From assembly GCA_951406725.2 (NCBI GenBank), contig OX597817.1, positions 165,230,001 through 165,294,000 on the forward strand: a DNA stretch of 64,000 nt, read 5' to 3'. This DNA is from Octopus vulgaris (taxonomy: Eukaryota). A program made the position numbers and the translations under genes. The notes beneath the pieces were generated by a model, which was given only the letters and a program-made list of their open reading frames with translations, did not search any database and was not told the origin of the DNA. Below, in pieces: positions 1 through 12,866 of the stretch; the first letter of the stretch is position 1; each line of letters opens with the position of its first letter.

Positions 1-78
1 CAAGGTACCACGCAATGGGACCGAACCTGGAACCGTGTGGTTGGTAAGCAAGCTACTTACCACAGAGTATATCCTGCG

Positions 79-80
<2 letters not shown>
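1..80 (-). mobile_element. 5' head of tRNA-derived SINE family A (cut by window edge)
   Basis: Reverse complement matches the GGCGCAGGAGTGGCTGTGTGGTAAGTAGCTTGC head of the copy at 21005-21435. Confidence 0.75.
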
Positions 81-131
<51 letters not shown>

Positions 132-962
132 GCGTGTGTATGTGTTTGTGTGTGTGTGTGCTAGTGTATGAAAGTATTTATGAATGTAAGTACGTATATT
201 AGTATGTATATGCATCGAGAGAAAGAGTGACAGACAGACAGACAGACAGGCAGAAAGTGGGAGAGAGAGAGAGACAGAGAGAAAGAAGGAGGGAAAGAAA
301 GAGACGGGAATGATGAAGGATGAAACAGAACCATTTACAAATACAAGTTCTTTATTTCCAGTCTCGTCAGTCTACAGTATTTGGGCGGATGCCCTTAACC
401 AAACTCTGTCACTGAACGAAAGATTAATTATCCGAAATGGCTGGAGTTTATTTTCTCTCTAAGAGAACCTGCTTCATTAGAATCTGAATCAAAGACTTTT
501 CTGTGTTATAACGAATGGCTCGGTTCATGTTCCGTTTATTACTTAATTTATATAATTTGCTCGATGAATTTATTTAGCTGTGAGTTACATTGAATGTGAG
601 AAGTGAGGCGGTTCCCGCAATGGCTTGGTAAAGAACCTAGTGAATATGGCTGTCGGTCGTAATGTTGGTATTGTATTTGTATTGGTGATGATGATGATGA
701 TGCTGATGTTGGTGGCTGTGGTTCTGCTGAAGAAGGTGGTCATGATGGTGGGGGTTCGAGATAAAGTTTGTGATAAGCAGTGGTGATTGTTGCTGTTGTA
801 ATGGTAGTGGTTAAGATGTTCAGGCGATAGTCGTAGAGTATCAGCAAGAGATACAGTTTATGAGGAGGCTGGTAAGAGTGGATATACAGAGTCTAGTATA
901 TGAGAGAGAAAATCATATTACGTATGTATATGATATATATATATATATATATGAGGTGGGGG

Positions 963-1267
963 GGGCGCAAAGGCCCAATGGTTAGGGCAGCGGACTCGCG
1001 GTCGTAGGGTCGCAGTTTCGATTCCCAAACCGGGCGTTGTGAGTGTTTATTGAGCAAAAACACCTAAAACACCACGAGGCTCTGGCAGGGGGTGTTGGCG
1101 ACCCCTGCTGTACTCTTTCACCACAACTTTCTCTCACTCTTTCTTCTGTTGGCCTGCTCGCTTAGCCAGCCGGGTGGCGTCATTTGATGGATAAAACAAT
1201 GCGAAGTGCATTGTGACCAGCGATGTGTAGCAACATCTGATAGCCTGGTCGGTCACGGTGTATCACG

Positions 1268-1270
<3 letters not shown>
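963..1270 (+). mobile_element. tRNA(Arg)-like-headed SINE (family D)
   Basis: A-box-like GGCCCAATGGTTAGG, TCG anticodon-like loop and B-box-like GTTTCGATTCC, then a unique body and a short tandem tail (TCACGGTG x2); sits within (TA)n. Confidence 0.75.
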
Positions 1271-1320
<50 letters not shown>

Positions 1321-1322
<2 letters not shown>

Positions 1323-1553
1323 GGAGTAAACACATAAATGTGAAACAAGGTGGAAAAAAGAGTACTCAAATACCAGTGGTAGAGTAATATGCTTTATTTA
1401 AAGAACAGAAAATTCAACAAAACCTGCTACTCTGAGTTTCACGTTCCCGTTTGTCGGACAGTTTTTGCTAGAAAAAACTGTCCGACGAACGGGAACGTGA
1501 AACTCAGAGTAACAGGTTTTGTTAAATTTTCTGCTGCTTTTAAATAAAGTATA
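1321..1553. mobile_element. (TA)n-embedded PLE-like terminal fragment with ~80-bp-arm fold-back duplication
   Basis: 1321-1470 is nearly identical to 54806-54955; 1387-1466 is repeated inverted at 1472-1553. Confidence 0.7.
1478..1515 (+). ncRNA. Variant minimal type-I hammerhead ribozyme (CCGACGA core)
   Basis: CTGT-CCGACGA-ACG(GGAA)CGT-GAA-ACTC(A)GAGT-A-ACAG: stems I, II and III all pair, the cleavage triplet is GUA, and the only core deviation is U4C. Confidence 0.65.
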
Positions 1554-1576
1554 TATATATATATATATTTTTTTTT

Positions 1577-1683
1577 TGACCGACCAGACCATCAGATGTT
1601 GCTACACATCGCTGGTCACAATGCGTTTTGCATTGTTTTAGCCTTCGAACGACGCCACCCCGCTGGCTAAGCGAGCAGGCCAA
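1577..1683 (-). mobile_element. 3' fragment of SINE family D, inverted relative to 963-1270
   Basis: Reverse complement of ~1150-1255. Confidence 0.75.
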
Positions 1684-2559
1684 TATATATATATATATAT
1701 ATATATATAAGCATCTATATGTATTGGTACATATATGCAAATGGATATATACCTATATATGATGGGTTATTGTATGTATGCACACGCACACACACATATG
1801 TATTTATGTGTGTGTGTGCGTATGTGCTCTTGTGTGAGTGTATTTGTGTATGCATGCATGCAAACGCGTACATATATACACTCATAATAGTACTTTTATT
1901 GTTTATATATTGTTACTTGAAGTTTCATAATAAGCAGTAATATCCAAACAGTCGTCAGACCAAAGAATGCAATATCATAACACATTGTCACAAAAAATGA
2001 TTTGTAACAGCCTAATGAACATCCGGTTTAAAAACAAAATTTTAATGATGCGAATGTAGTTTTGTAAAGCGTATAACTTATTTAGTATTATTAATAGTTA
2101 GTATTAAGTTATTTCCTTTAGGATATCTAAAAATAAGACTGAATAGCTTGTTACTTATAGCTGGTTGGCTAGGAGGTTTATTTATATACTGAACTGATAG
2201 AGGGCAACGCATAGAAAAAAAAAATAGGAAAGAATCCTCTAAAAGTGAAAAATTTTGAAGTCATGAGATAAAAAATTTAGGGAAAATTATAAAGGTTAAA
2301 GAATTAATGAGTAATTTACTATGGAGGTATATGATATATTGAGTAAGCAGTAGGAATTGATAGTATAATTGACAGAGGCAAAGATTATCTCACTCTTGAG
2401 ATATGAATAATATGGGTTAAAACTGAGGAGAGATATAGAGAGTATGCTTGCTGCTGGTAAATAAACAGTTAAATATACTACTATAAATTACTAAAGTCTT
2501 GCGTATTCAAAAATATGAGCGAATATACTCGTAACCTCGTACCAACCGCTAATAAGAAA

Positions 2560-3030
2560 ATCCTCCATAATATTCTCTAGTTTACATTACACTTCTCTTT
2601 AAATGTAGAGTATAATATAACTAAAAACTTTGTTGTAATAATGAATAAGAACTTTGACATCAATCATCAAAACTACAAATTATTCAATCGAAATAATTTC
2701 AATCTGAGTTACAGTTGTACAGTTGCACGAAAGATGTAACTACACGTGTCCAAACAATATTTGAGTCTAATTGCTCATACAGAAATACAAATGCTCAATT
2801 CTTTAGTCATGGGGTCCTACGGAATTGATCATCCAGCCACAACGCAAACGAAACCTAAAACTAAACATAAAAGCTATTATTGAAAAATCAAACAAAGATA
2901 ATTCAGCAATATTTTTTCATTCAGAAACATAATAAAGAATGCGGAAATGCATTAGAAATAAAATGGAAGAATCTCGAGAGTTATAAACCGCACAAATGTG
3001 TTGCAAATAGCTATGGTAACGGAACTGCTG
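2560..3030 (+). pseudogene. Highly degraded Penelope-like element ORF remnant (RT-to-GIY-YIG linker region)
   Basis: Translates HQNYKLFNRNNFNLSYSC (~2665-2718), like the PLE KIFNRNxxKxSYSC motif, and later [13 protein letters not shown], like the GIY-YIG C-terminal IKWxIL motif; frameshifted. Confidence 0.5.
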
Positions 3031-3036
3031 AAAAGG

Positions 3037-3116
<80 letters not shown>

Positions 3117-3309
3117 GCATATATATATGGATATATATACACACACATATATACATATATATGTATATATATGTATATATATGTGTGTGTGTGTATATAT
3201 GTACATATATATATATATATATATTTATGCGTATATATATACATGTAGAGGTAGGTACGTGCATATATGTATATATATATATATGCATATGTTTTATTTA
3301 TTAATATAT

Positions 3310-3377
<68 letters not shown>

Positions 3378-3379
3378 GA

Positions 3380-3495
3380 AGGTTACGTGTGTCTGTGTAG
3401 TGCTCAATCACTTGCTCGTTAATTTCACGAGCAGGCTGTTCCGTTAATCGGACCAACGTGAACCCTTGTCGTCGTAAGCGACGGGAGTGTCAGTT
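3380..3495 (+). mobile_element. Probable 3' fragment of another SINE family
   Basis: GC-richer block directly after (TA)n that resembles retroposon 3' ends; no second full copy in window. Confidence 0.3.
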
Positions 3496-3850
3496 TATAT
3501 GTCGGGAAACGTGCGGTTAAACAAAAACCTACAAACCTAACTTCCGACTTCATCAAATAGTTTCCAAAAGCTAAAAACTAGTACTAATACGTTTATGGTG
3601 AATTTAGAGTACTATATAATTTTTTGTGACCTCATGTCAATGAGTAAAACAACAACAGCAAACAACAAACACAGAAACAGCAACAGCTGCAGCCGCAGCA
3701 ACGATGACAAAAGGGATGACAAAAGGAAAAACAAACAAAAAACAGTAATACACTAATTAAAGGCTTCTTTAGCGAAGTCAAACATTATTATTTTATTTTC
3801 TAGTATTTAACAAAACAACATACGCATATAGTGAACCTTATATATATAAT

Positions 3851-3886
<36 letters not shown>

Positions 3887-3916
3887 TCTATATGTGTATA
3901 TGTATGTATGTATGTA

Positions 3917-3971
<55 letters not shown>

Positions 3972-4111
3972 CTACATATATATATATATGTATATATGTT
4001 TATATATATGTAAACATATATATCTATGTATGTATATATATATATATATATGAATGTGTATATATGTATGCATATATATGTATGAATATGTATATATATA
4101 TATGTGTATCA

Positions 4112-4154
<43 letters not shown>

Positions 4155-4179
4155 TTGTGTGTATTAATATGTATATATG

Positions 4180-4284
<105 letters not shown>

Positions 4285-4794
4285 GAAGAGAGGGGCATTC
4301 TCCCTGGCAACCGACGGCAAAGAATGGAATGTATAAATGACAGAGTTATTATACAACAGGCTTGTTGATTCAGTATTCAGTTTTCTTAATTGGGACATTG
4401 TATGGCCAACCTGTTTTTGAACAAGTCCTTTTTCGATTTATATAAGTATACATACATTTTTATTTACGTGTGTAGTAAGATATTTTAGTTGTGCTTCTAC
4501 CTAGGCATATAAACATTCATATACATGACATGAGTTTGTATATATGAATGTATGTATAAATAGGTATGCGTGTGTATGTATGTGTGTATATGTGTGCGTA
4601 TATGTGCATATATATGTGTGTTTGTGTTTACGTGTATACACAGAGAGGGAGAGGAAGAAAGAAAGAGACAGAGAGATACATTATATATGTGTATATGATT
4701 TATGTGCGCTTATATATGTATGTATGTATATATATATATATGTATATATATATCTACATATATATATATATGTATATATGTATATATATATATA

Positions 4795-5110
4795 TGTGGT
4801 TAGAGCGTCGAGCTTACGATCGTGAGGTTGTGAGCTCGAATCCCGGACCGTGCTGCGTGTTGTGTTCTTGAGCAAGGCACTTTATTTCACGTTGCTCCAG
4901 TTCACTCAGCTGTAGAAATGAGTTGCGACGTCACTGGTGCCAAGCTGTATCGACCTTTGTCTTTCCCTTGGATAACACTGGTGGCGTGGAGAGGGGAGGC
5001 TGGTATGCATGGGCAACTGCTGGCCTTCCATAAACAACCTTGCCCGGACTTGTGTCTAGGAGGGTAACTTTCTAGGTGCAATCCCATGGTCATTCATGAC
5101 CGAAGGGGGT
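4795..5110 (+). mobile_element. tRNA-derived SINE with CORE-like central domain (family C), slightly 5'-truncated
   Basis: Near-identical to 54966-55292; tRNA-like head followed by GTGTTCTTGAGCAAGGCACTT...CACTCAGCTGTAGAAATGAGT. Confidence 0.8.
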
Positions 5111-5197
5111 CTTTACCCTTTTATATGTACACACACACACACACAGATATGTATGCTCTCACTATATATTTATGTATATATATGTGTTCATATTTTT

Positions 5198-5284
<87 letters not shown>

Positions 5285-5776
5285 TTATGACAACCTAATT
5301 GTTCCCCATCTTAGGGAACTATTTTTGTAATGCGCATGGCAAAATTTTGGAGGGAAGATTTACGAATTCAAACGTCTATGTAGGTTTAGCTTTTGCTCAC
5401 TTTCTTCAAATATTTTGATGTCGCATGGTCAGAAGGTTTGAGGTACGTAGCATTTGATAAATCTATGATAAATCTTTTTCAATGGAAAGCTGTGCTGAAG
5501 AAGGATGTGAAATATATATGCAATGTATATGAAATATATATCAAAAATATATATGGAATATATATTCAATATGTTTATAATCCAGAAACATGATGTTCAC
5601 AGATAACCGCCAGACCTCGTATTCGTTATCTATTCCTTCTGTTTTGCATATGTGAATTACAGGGTTTGTCATGCCCGGAGTCCAACTTTGATAGAAATAA
5701 GCATTCTTGACTGCTATTTCTATTTTTTCGGTATGCGGTCAAGCAACCTGTTTGCCTGTCCCTTTTTCTTATATAC

Positions 5777-5870
<94 letters not shown>

Positions 5871-6019
5871 TATACATATGGTGCTATGTTAAGGAGCGAT
5901 GAACGGTTCCAGAATTTTCGTCTCGAGTCAAACATAAGAAAGATACTAGGATTTTTGATTCGAGTCAAAATATCAGTGATTATTTTGGCTTCATTTATTA
6001 CAGCTTAGGTGTGTGTGTG

Positions 6020-6084
<65 letters not shown>

Positions 6085-6320
6085 CTGCACTAAGTTGTGC
6101 AGTTGGCGGATGGACTTTCTGAGCTTGTGAATCTCTACGTAACCCATTCATCAGCTCATCGTCAACGCCATTACTACAATCATAAACGTCATCACTACCA
6201 CTAGTAACCTAATCACCGTCATTATCTCCAATACCACCGCCATCACTAAGACCTCCGCTTCCACTACCATTGCCACATCTATCACTACTATCACCACTAC
6301 CACAATATTCATCTGTCATC

Positions 6321-7670
6321 AAGGCGGCGAGCTGGCAGAAATGTTAGCACGCCGGGCGAAATGCTCAGCGGTATTTCGTCTGCGGCTACGTTCTGAGTTC
6401 AAATTCCGCCGAGGTCGACTTTGCCTTTCATCCTTCCGGGGTCGATAAATTAAGTACCAGTTACGCACTGGGGTCGATGTAATCGACTTAATACCTATGT
6501 CTGTCCTTGTTTGTCCCCTCTGTGTTTAGCCCCTTGTGGGTAATAAAGAAATAGGTATTTCGTCTGCCGTTACGTTGTGAGTTCAAATTCCGCCGAGGTC
6601 GACTTTGCCTTTCATCCTTTCGGGGTCGATAAATTAAGCACCAATTACGCACTGGGGTCGATGTAATCGACTTAATACCTATGTCTGTCCTTGTTTGTCC
6701 CCTCTATGTTTAGCCCCTTGTGGGTAATAAAGAAATAGGTATTTCGTCTGCCGTTACGTTGTGAGTTCAAATCCCGCCGAGGTCGACTTTGCCTTTCATC
6801 CTTTCGGGGTCGATAAATTAAGTACCAGTTACGCACTGGGGTCGATGTAATCGACTTAATACCTATGTCTGTCCTTGTTTGTCCTCTCTGTGTTTAGCCC
6901 CTTGTGGGTAATTAAGAAATAGGTATTTCGTCTGCGGCTACGTTCTGAGTTCAAATTCCGCCGAGGTCTACTTTGCCTTTCATCCTTCCGGGGTCGATAA
7001 ATTAAGTACCAGTCACGCACTGGGATCGATGTAATCGACGTAATACCTTTGTCTGTCCTTGTTTGTCCCCTCTGTGTTTAGCCCCTTGTGGGTAATTAAG
7101 AAATAGGTATTTCGTCTGCCGCTACGTTGTGAGTTCAAATTCCGCCGAGGTCGACTTTGCCTTTCATCCTTTCGGGGTCGATAAATTAAGTACCAGTTAC
7201 GCACTGGGATCGATGTAATCGACGTAATACCTTTGTCTGTCCTTGTTTGTCCCCTCTGTGTTTAGCCCCTTGTGGGTAATAAAGAAATAGGTATTTCTTC
7301 TGCCGCTACGTTGTGAGTTCAAATTCCGCCGAGGTCGACTTTGCCTTTCATCCTTTCGGGGTCGATAAATTAAGTACCAGTCACGCACTGGGATCGATGT
7401 AATCGACGTAATACCTTTGTCTGTCCTTGTTTTTCCCCTCTGTGTTTAGCCCTTTGAGGTCAATAAAAAAACAAGAAACGTTAGCACACCGGGCGGAACG
7501 CTTAGCGATATTTCGTCTGTCTTTACGTCCTGAGTTCAAATTCCACCGAGGTCGACTTTGCCTTTCATTCTTTCGAGTTAGATAACTTTAGTATCAGTTG
7601 CGTACTGGGTCGATATAATCGAGTGATCCTCTGCTCAAAATGTTGGGCTTTTGCCTAGAGTACAAAAGAA
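6321..7670 (+). repeat. Tandem array of SINE family B: one head, six 184-bp units, then a further diverged copy
   Basis: Unit start GTATTTC at 6371, 6555, 6739, 6923, 7107 and 7291 (exact 184-bp period); head has A-box-like TGGCAGAAATGTTAG and each unit a B-box-like GTTCAAATT. Confidence 0.9.
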
Positions 7671-8319
7671 TATTCATGCATCAACATCGTTAACCTACGA
7701 AAGAAGGCATTCGACCTATGATTATCCCATTGTTCCTTTTTGTTTTACAGGTCATGCATCCAGGGGTCACATCAACCTATATGGCCTTCTTTAATTTTGA
7801 ATGAGATGGCAGTATGTAATTTGGGGCAGATTTGGTTGTTTTTTCTGTCAGGTTCACGACTCTAATGCAGTTACGTAGGCTTATATTTCGATTGCTGCTT
7901 ACTTCAAGCTCTTGAAGGTGCAGGGACATTCCAGGTCAATGGTCCCAGAATCGTCATCTTGGGTAGAGCCGACCACATCCACCAGAGCTCTCCATCAGTG
8001 ACGGTTCTGTATCTCTCCTTCTGCATTCTTTAAGGTGACGTCGAGATTTACGGTTATACTCAACCAGTATCTGGCATCTCATGCGGTTCCTTGGATGCTG
8101 CAAACGTATTGAGTTGTTGTTCCTTTGCTGCGTATCCAGGAGTCGAGAGGTGGTAAGTGTACTGTAAGTGTATTTAGAGCAAAGAATTAGTTAAATTCCT
8201 GTCTTTGTAATACCGCCGCCCAATGTCAAAAGAGGCCAACCAACCAGGAAAATACAGTTCTTCACTAGTTTTAGAAGTTGCATGTAGGTAAGAGTTGAAA
8301 AAAGAACAATGAAGTAATA

Positions 8320-8478
8320 ATGGCGTAACTGTGTTATAAAAACTTTGCCTCACAACCACATGGTTCCGGTTTCACTCCCAGTTAGTGACACCTTGGGTAA
8401 CTGTCTTCAACGATAACTCCGGTCTAACCAAACCATTGTAAGTGGTGTTGGCAGACGGAAGCAGGAAGAAGACCTGTT

Positions 8479-8510
<32 letters not shown>

Positions 8511-8765
8511 CCACACACACACATGCACACACACACACAGATATGCACTCACACACACGTATGTATGTATATATGTGTGTATCTATGTATGCATATATGG
8601 ATGTATGTATATATGTATGCACATGTATGCTTTGGTATTTGTCACTTGACAACGGGTGTAACTTCGCGCAGTTCGACAAAATGAAACTGCTAGAAGAAGA
8701 CCCAAGCTATATAAGAAAATTCGAAGGAGTGTCCCAGCATGGCCATTCGTAAGAGAAGATAAAAG
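8320..8765 (+). mobile_element. Diverged SINE family A copy with internal (CA)n
   Basis: Recognisable ACCACATGGTTCCGG, ACCTTGGG, GACGGAA and CCAGCATGGCC blocks in family order. Confidence 0.6.
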
Positions 8766-9503
8766 AAGTATTCTGATAAATGAATACCAAATATTGACAA
8801 ATACATAGTTTTTGCCTGACCTATTCATCAATCAAATTCATTTGTTTTGTTTGTATTTCACCAAAAATTCCTTCGGAGCACAACTAGATATATTCTATTT
8901 ATATTATGATATTTGTTATTAAGGCAGCAAGCTGGTAGAGTCGCTAGCGCCCGGGGCCAAATGCTTGGCGGTAATTCGTCTGTCTTTGTGTTCTGAGTTC
9001 GAATTCTAACGGTTTCTTTTCATTTATTTTTTTTTCGTTTTGGGGGTCGTTAAAATAAGTGCCTTTAGTAGAGAGGATTATAGTGGTTGTTATAACATAT
9101 GGTGTGCGGATCCACTCGATAAAAATACCATACTAAATATATCTTAGTAATACGTTGAGTACCATTCATCTTCTACTTGTTTCAGTTATTAGGCCACAGC
9201 CATACTGGAGCACCGCTTTGAGGACTTTTGGTAGGAATGAAACAACCAGAGTACTTATTTTTTCTAAGCCGGGTACCTATTCTATCTTATGTCTTATGCT
9301 GATCCGCTAAAGTTACGGGAACGTAAACATAACGACATCGGTTGTGAAGTAATGCTGGTGTGTGTGTGTGTGTGTGTGTGTGTGTGCCGGTTTTTTGTTT
9401 TACTTTCTATATGCCAAATCTACTTATAAAGTTTGGGTCGGTCCGAGGCCCGGTGACCGATGTATTGGTCAGAGAATACTCTTGCGAAGAACAGAAGGAA
9501 AAC

Positions 9504-9565
<62 letters not shown>

Positions 9566-9619
9566 ATTATGTTTATTCTCCATTGATATCATTGTATTTT
9601 TCAATGAAAAAAGAATTCA

Positions 9620-10540
9620 TCACCATCATTAGCATCGTCATGATAATTACGTCTACGATCCTCATCATAATAATTTTTTATTCGCCATCAACACCACCAC
9701 CACCACCACCACCACCACCAGCAACGTTATCGGCACGAGGACGACGATGATCCCTACCACCAGCACCATCATCATCATCATCATCATCATCATCATAACC
9801 ACCACTACCACCACCATCACCATAGCAGTCATCATCATCATCATCATCATCATCAGGGGCAGTACCATCACAATAACACGCATCTAGAACTATTATACCA
9901 TCACAAATACCTCCCCATCCTCACCACTACTCCCGCCACCACTTCCGCCACGACTGTTGCCACTGCCACCATTGAAGCCACATCCACCGCTACTACCGCC
10001 GCCACTACTTCCGCTACGGCCACCGCCTTTGCCACTACAACCATCACCCCCACCCCCCACCACCACGACCATTAACAACATCGCAATCACTACCACTGCC
10101 ACCACCACCATCACCTACACACCACTACCATCACCACCACCACCACCACCACCACCACTACCATTAACAACGTCGCAATCTCTACCACTGTTGCCACCAC
10201 CATCACCATCACCACCATCACCACCACCACCACCACCACCATCACCACCACCACCACCACCACCACAATTAATAACATCGCAATCACTACCACTACCACC
10301 ACCACCACCAGCCGCCGCCGCCACCGCCACCACCATCTCTATCATCACTAACACCAACATTATCCATGATAAGTGGAAATGTCAAGTATGACGTTGGTAT
10401 CCTTTCATTTGCACCTGCACCGTGAATTAGCAACTAAATTATAACACCTCCAGACATATGACATACCAGTGGTGGTAGCGTAACTGTTGGTAGTGGTAAT
10501 AGTAGTGATGAGAGTGGTGGTGGTAGTGGTGGTGTGATGA
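9620..10540. repeat. Compound (CAC/CAT/CCA/CCG)n trinucleotide low-complexity tract
   Basis: Direct inspection; includes three copies of an internal ATTAACAACATCGCAATC-like subrepeat. Confidence 0.85.
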
Positions 10541-10618
10541 GGATGTTTACCTTGTCATCATTCTCACTCCAGCTCCTATCTGTATCTGTGTGCGTGTTTG
10601 TGTGGACTTTATTATACC

Positions 10619-10781
<163 letters not shown>

Positions 10782-10914
10782 ATAATAGTTATCGCCATAC
10801 TAATATGGCATTCTTATAAAAATAAGAAAAAAGCTGTCCGCTTATTAGCTCCATGAGACTTAGTTATTTTAATATTTCTATATATATATGCATATATATA
10901 TATGTATATATATG

Positions 10915-10946
<32 letters not shown>

Positions 10947-10972
10947 CATATATATTTTTCTCTCTCTGTGTA

Positions 10973-11010
10973 TCTTTCTGTTGAAGAGCGTAGGCTCGAA
11001 ACGTTAAAGA
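10973..11010 (+). ncRNA. Variant minimal hammerhead ribozyme (CTGTTGA core) in a (TA)n-embedded element (~10955-11110)
   Basis: TCTTT-CTGTTGA-A-GAGC(GTAG)GCTC-GAAAC-GTT-AAAGA: 5-bp stem I, 4-bp stem II, palindromic AACGTT stem III, GUU triplet; A6U core change. Confidence 0.55.
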
Positions 11011-11142
11011 CTTGTTTTATTTATATTTCCTGAGCGCCATACTAATACAATTGTTCGTTTGTTTTCCACCTGCCTTCGTCTTTTGTTTATTTTCATAAAG
11101 CTTCCCGTTATATATGTATATATATGTATATATATATATACA

Positions 11143-11199
<57 letters not shown>

Positions 11200-11208
11200 A
11201 TATATATG

Positions 11209-11252
<44 letters not shown>

Positions 11253-11314
11253 TATATGGGTACAGGACGTCAAAATAAAACGTGAACAACATGAAAAACG
11301 AAAACAGGAAAAAC

Positions 11315-11395
11315 ATGTAGGCCTCCGTGTTGAGTCTGAGACCGTGTGGAAAGATGAATGGAGGCATAACGTCGCCATCAATAGTGATCTTACCA
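11315..11395 (-). pseudogene. Short Tc1/mariner-type transposase fragment
   Basis: Translates [24 protein letters not shown], resembling the segment between the first two catalytic Asp residues. Confidence 0.4.
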
Positions 11396-11399
11396 AACG

Positions 11400-11832
11400 C
11401 CATGATGTTGACTGGATGTTTGATTTTTATTGCTCTCAGTACATGTTTTGGGGATACGGCAAGCCAAGGGTTGTTCTGACTGTTTACAATCTGTTGGAGT
11501 TCCCGGCTTTGGAGTTTGAATAATTCACCTTTGGAAACATGGATGTTTTATTCGACATCCTTTATCAACACTTATTTAAGGACCTTTTGAGCAGGATGGG
11601 CCACTCAACCCGAAGAAAATTCTAACTGGGTCCCACCTGTAAGGGAATGTACTGTTTATCTTGAGATGAGATCACCGTGTCACGCACATATGGTTATGAT
11701 GCATGTTCCTGGTGTACTCTTATCAGACGGATAGTCATGTATTGGTCAGAGAATACTCTTAGACGGATAGTATACTAGGCTTCGTATATTTTACCCCAGT
11801 ATCACTTTCATGGTATGCACTACTCTCTCATT
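11400..11832 (+). mobile_element. (TAA)n-tailed dispersed repeat, copy 1
   Basis: Shares sequence and right terminus (...GCACTGCTCTCTCA then TAA repeats) with 12615-12866 and 31587-32145. Confidence 0.7.
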
Positions 11833-11843
11833 TAATAATAATG

Positions 11844-11931
<88 letters not shown>

Positions 11932-11946
11932 TAATAATAATAATAA

Positions 11947-12612
11947 TGACAGTGACAAATTCAGAATGTGTGGTGAGAGGTTGAAACGGTATGGCACATC
12001 GTTAGCGAATGCCAGAAATTGGCACAACGCGAATACAAAAGACGACATGATAATGAGGCAAGAATGTTCCACTGGGAGCTTATTGGAGATCACGGCTCAC
12101 AAAAATCAAAGACGTGGTATAAACAAACCCCAGAAGGAGTCACCGAGAATGATAATTGCAAAATCTTGTGGGATGCAATGATTCAGTGCAACTAGCTGAC
12201 CAGACATCGGAAACCGGACATTGTTGCAGTGAATAAAAAAGGAAAGATCATGTATGATAATCGACATAGCATGCCTCGGTGACAACAGGATTAAAGAGAA
12301 AGAAGAAAAAACTGAACAGGTACGACGATTTGAAGTACGAAACACTAAGTTTGTGGTCAATGAAGAGAGTAGATGTGATCCCAATAGTAATTGGCGCACG
12401 TGGAAGTAACAGCACTCAACCGGCAACATGGCTCAAAAAGATAGGTACAAATGTAAGGATAGAACACCTAAAATCATCAGCATTGCTTGGAACTGCAAGA
12501 ATTCTTCGCAGGGTTCTTGAAGCATGACCAGTAAACAAGTGTCACCTTAGTCTGCTGGTTGTGGACAGCTGACACTTTCCATCATACTCAGCAAAATAGG
12601 TAGGGAGTTTTC
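11947..12612 (+). mobile_element. 5'-truncated R4/Dong-like non-LTR retrotransposon (zinc knuckle plus restriction-like endonuclease, 3' end)
   Basis: Frameshifted RMCGE..HIVSECQKLAQREYKRRHD, ILWD, RKPDIV, IDIAC, RYDDLK, VIPIVIGA, ALLGTARILRRVL*; directly follows (TAA)n, the known target of Dong elements. Confidence 0.85.
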
Positions 12613-12614
12613 AT

Positions 12615-12866
12615 CACATCCTTAAACAAACCTTATTCAGGGACCTTTTGAGTGGGATGGGCTACTCGGCCCGAGGAAAATTCTAACAGGGCCCCAACCT
12701 GCAAGGTCATGCGTTGTTTATCTTGATATGAGACCACCATGTCACGCACATATGATTGTGATGCATGTGCCTGGTGTACCCTTATCAGATGGATAGTCAT
12801 GATGGGTATATTGGGGTTAGTATATTTTACCTCTGTGTCACTTTGATGGCATGCACTGCTCTTTCA
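12615..12866 (+). mobile_element. (TAA)n-tailed dispersed repeat, copy 2
   Basis: Matches the right-hand ~250 bp of 31587-32145. Confidence 0.7.

Noticed and set aside
6371-7474. CRISPR-like regular array
   Set aside because: Whole 184-bp units repeat with no unique spacers, there are no cas genes, the context is eukaryotic, and the units are SINE sequence.
9893-10391. Proline-rich and glycine-rich ORFs
   Set aside because: All frames simply reflect (CCA)n-type repeats, with no splice signals or unique coding islands.
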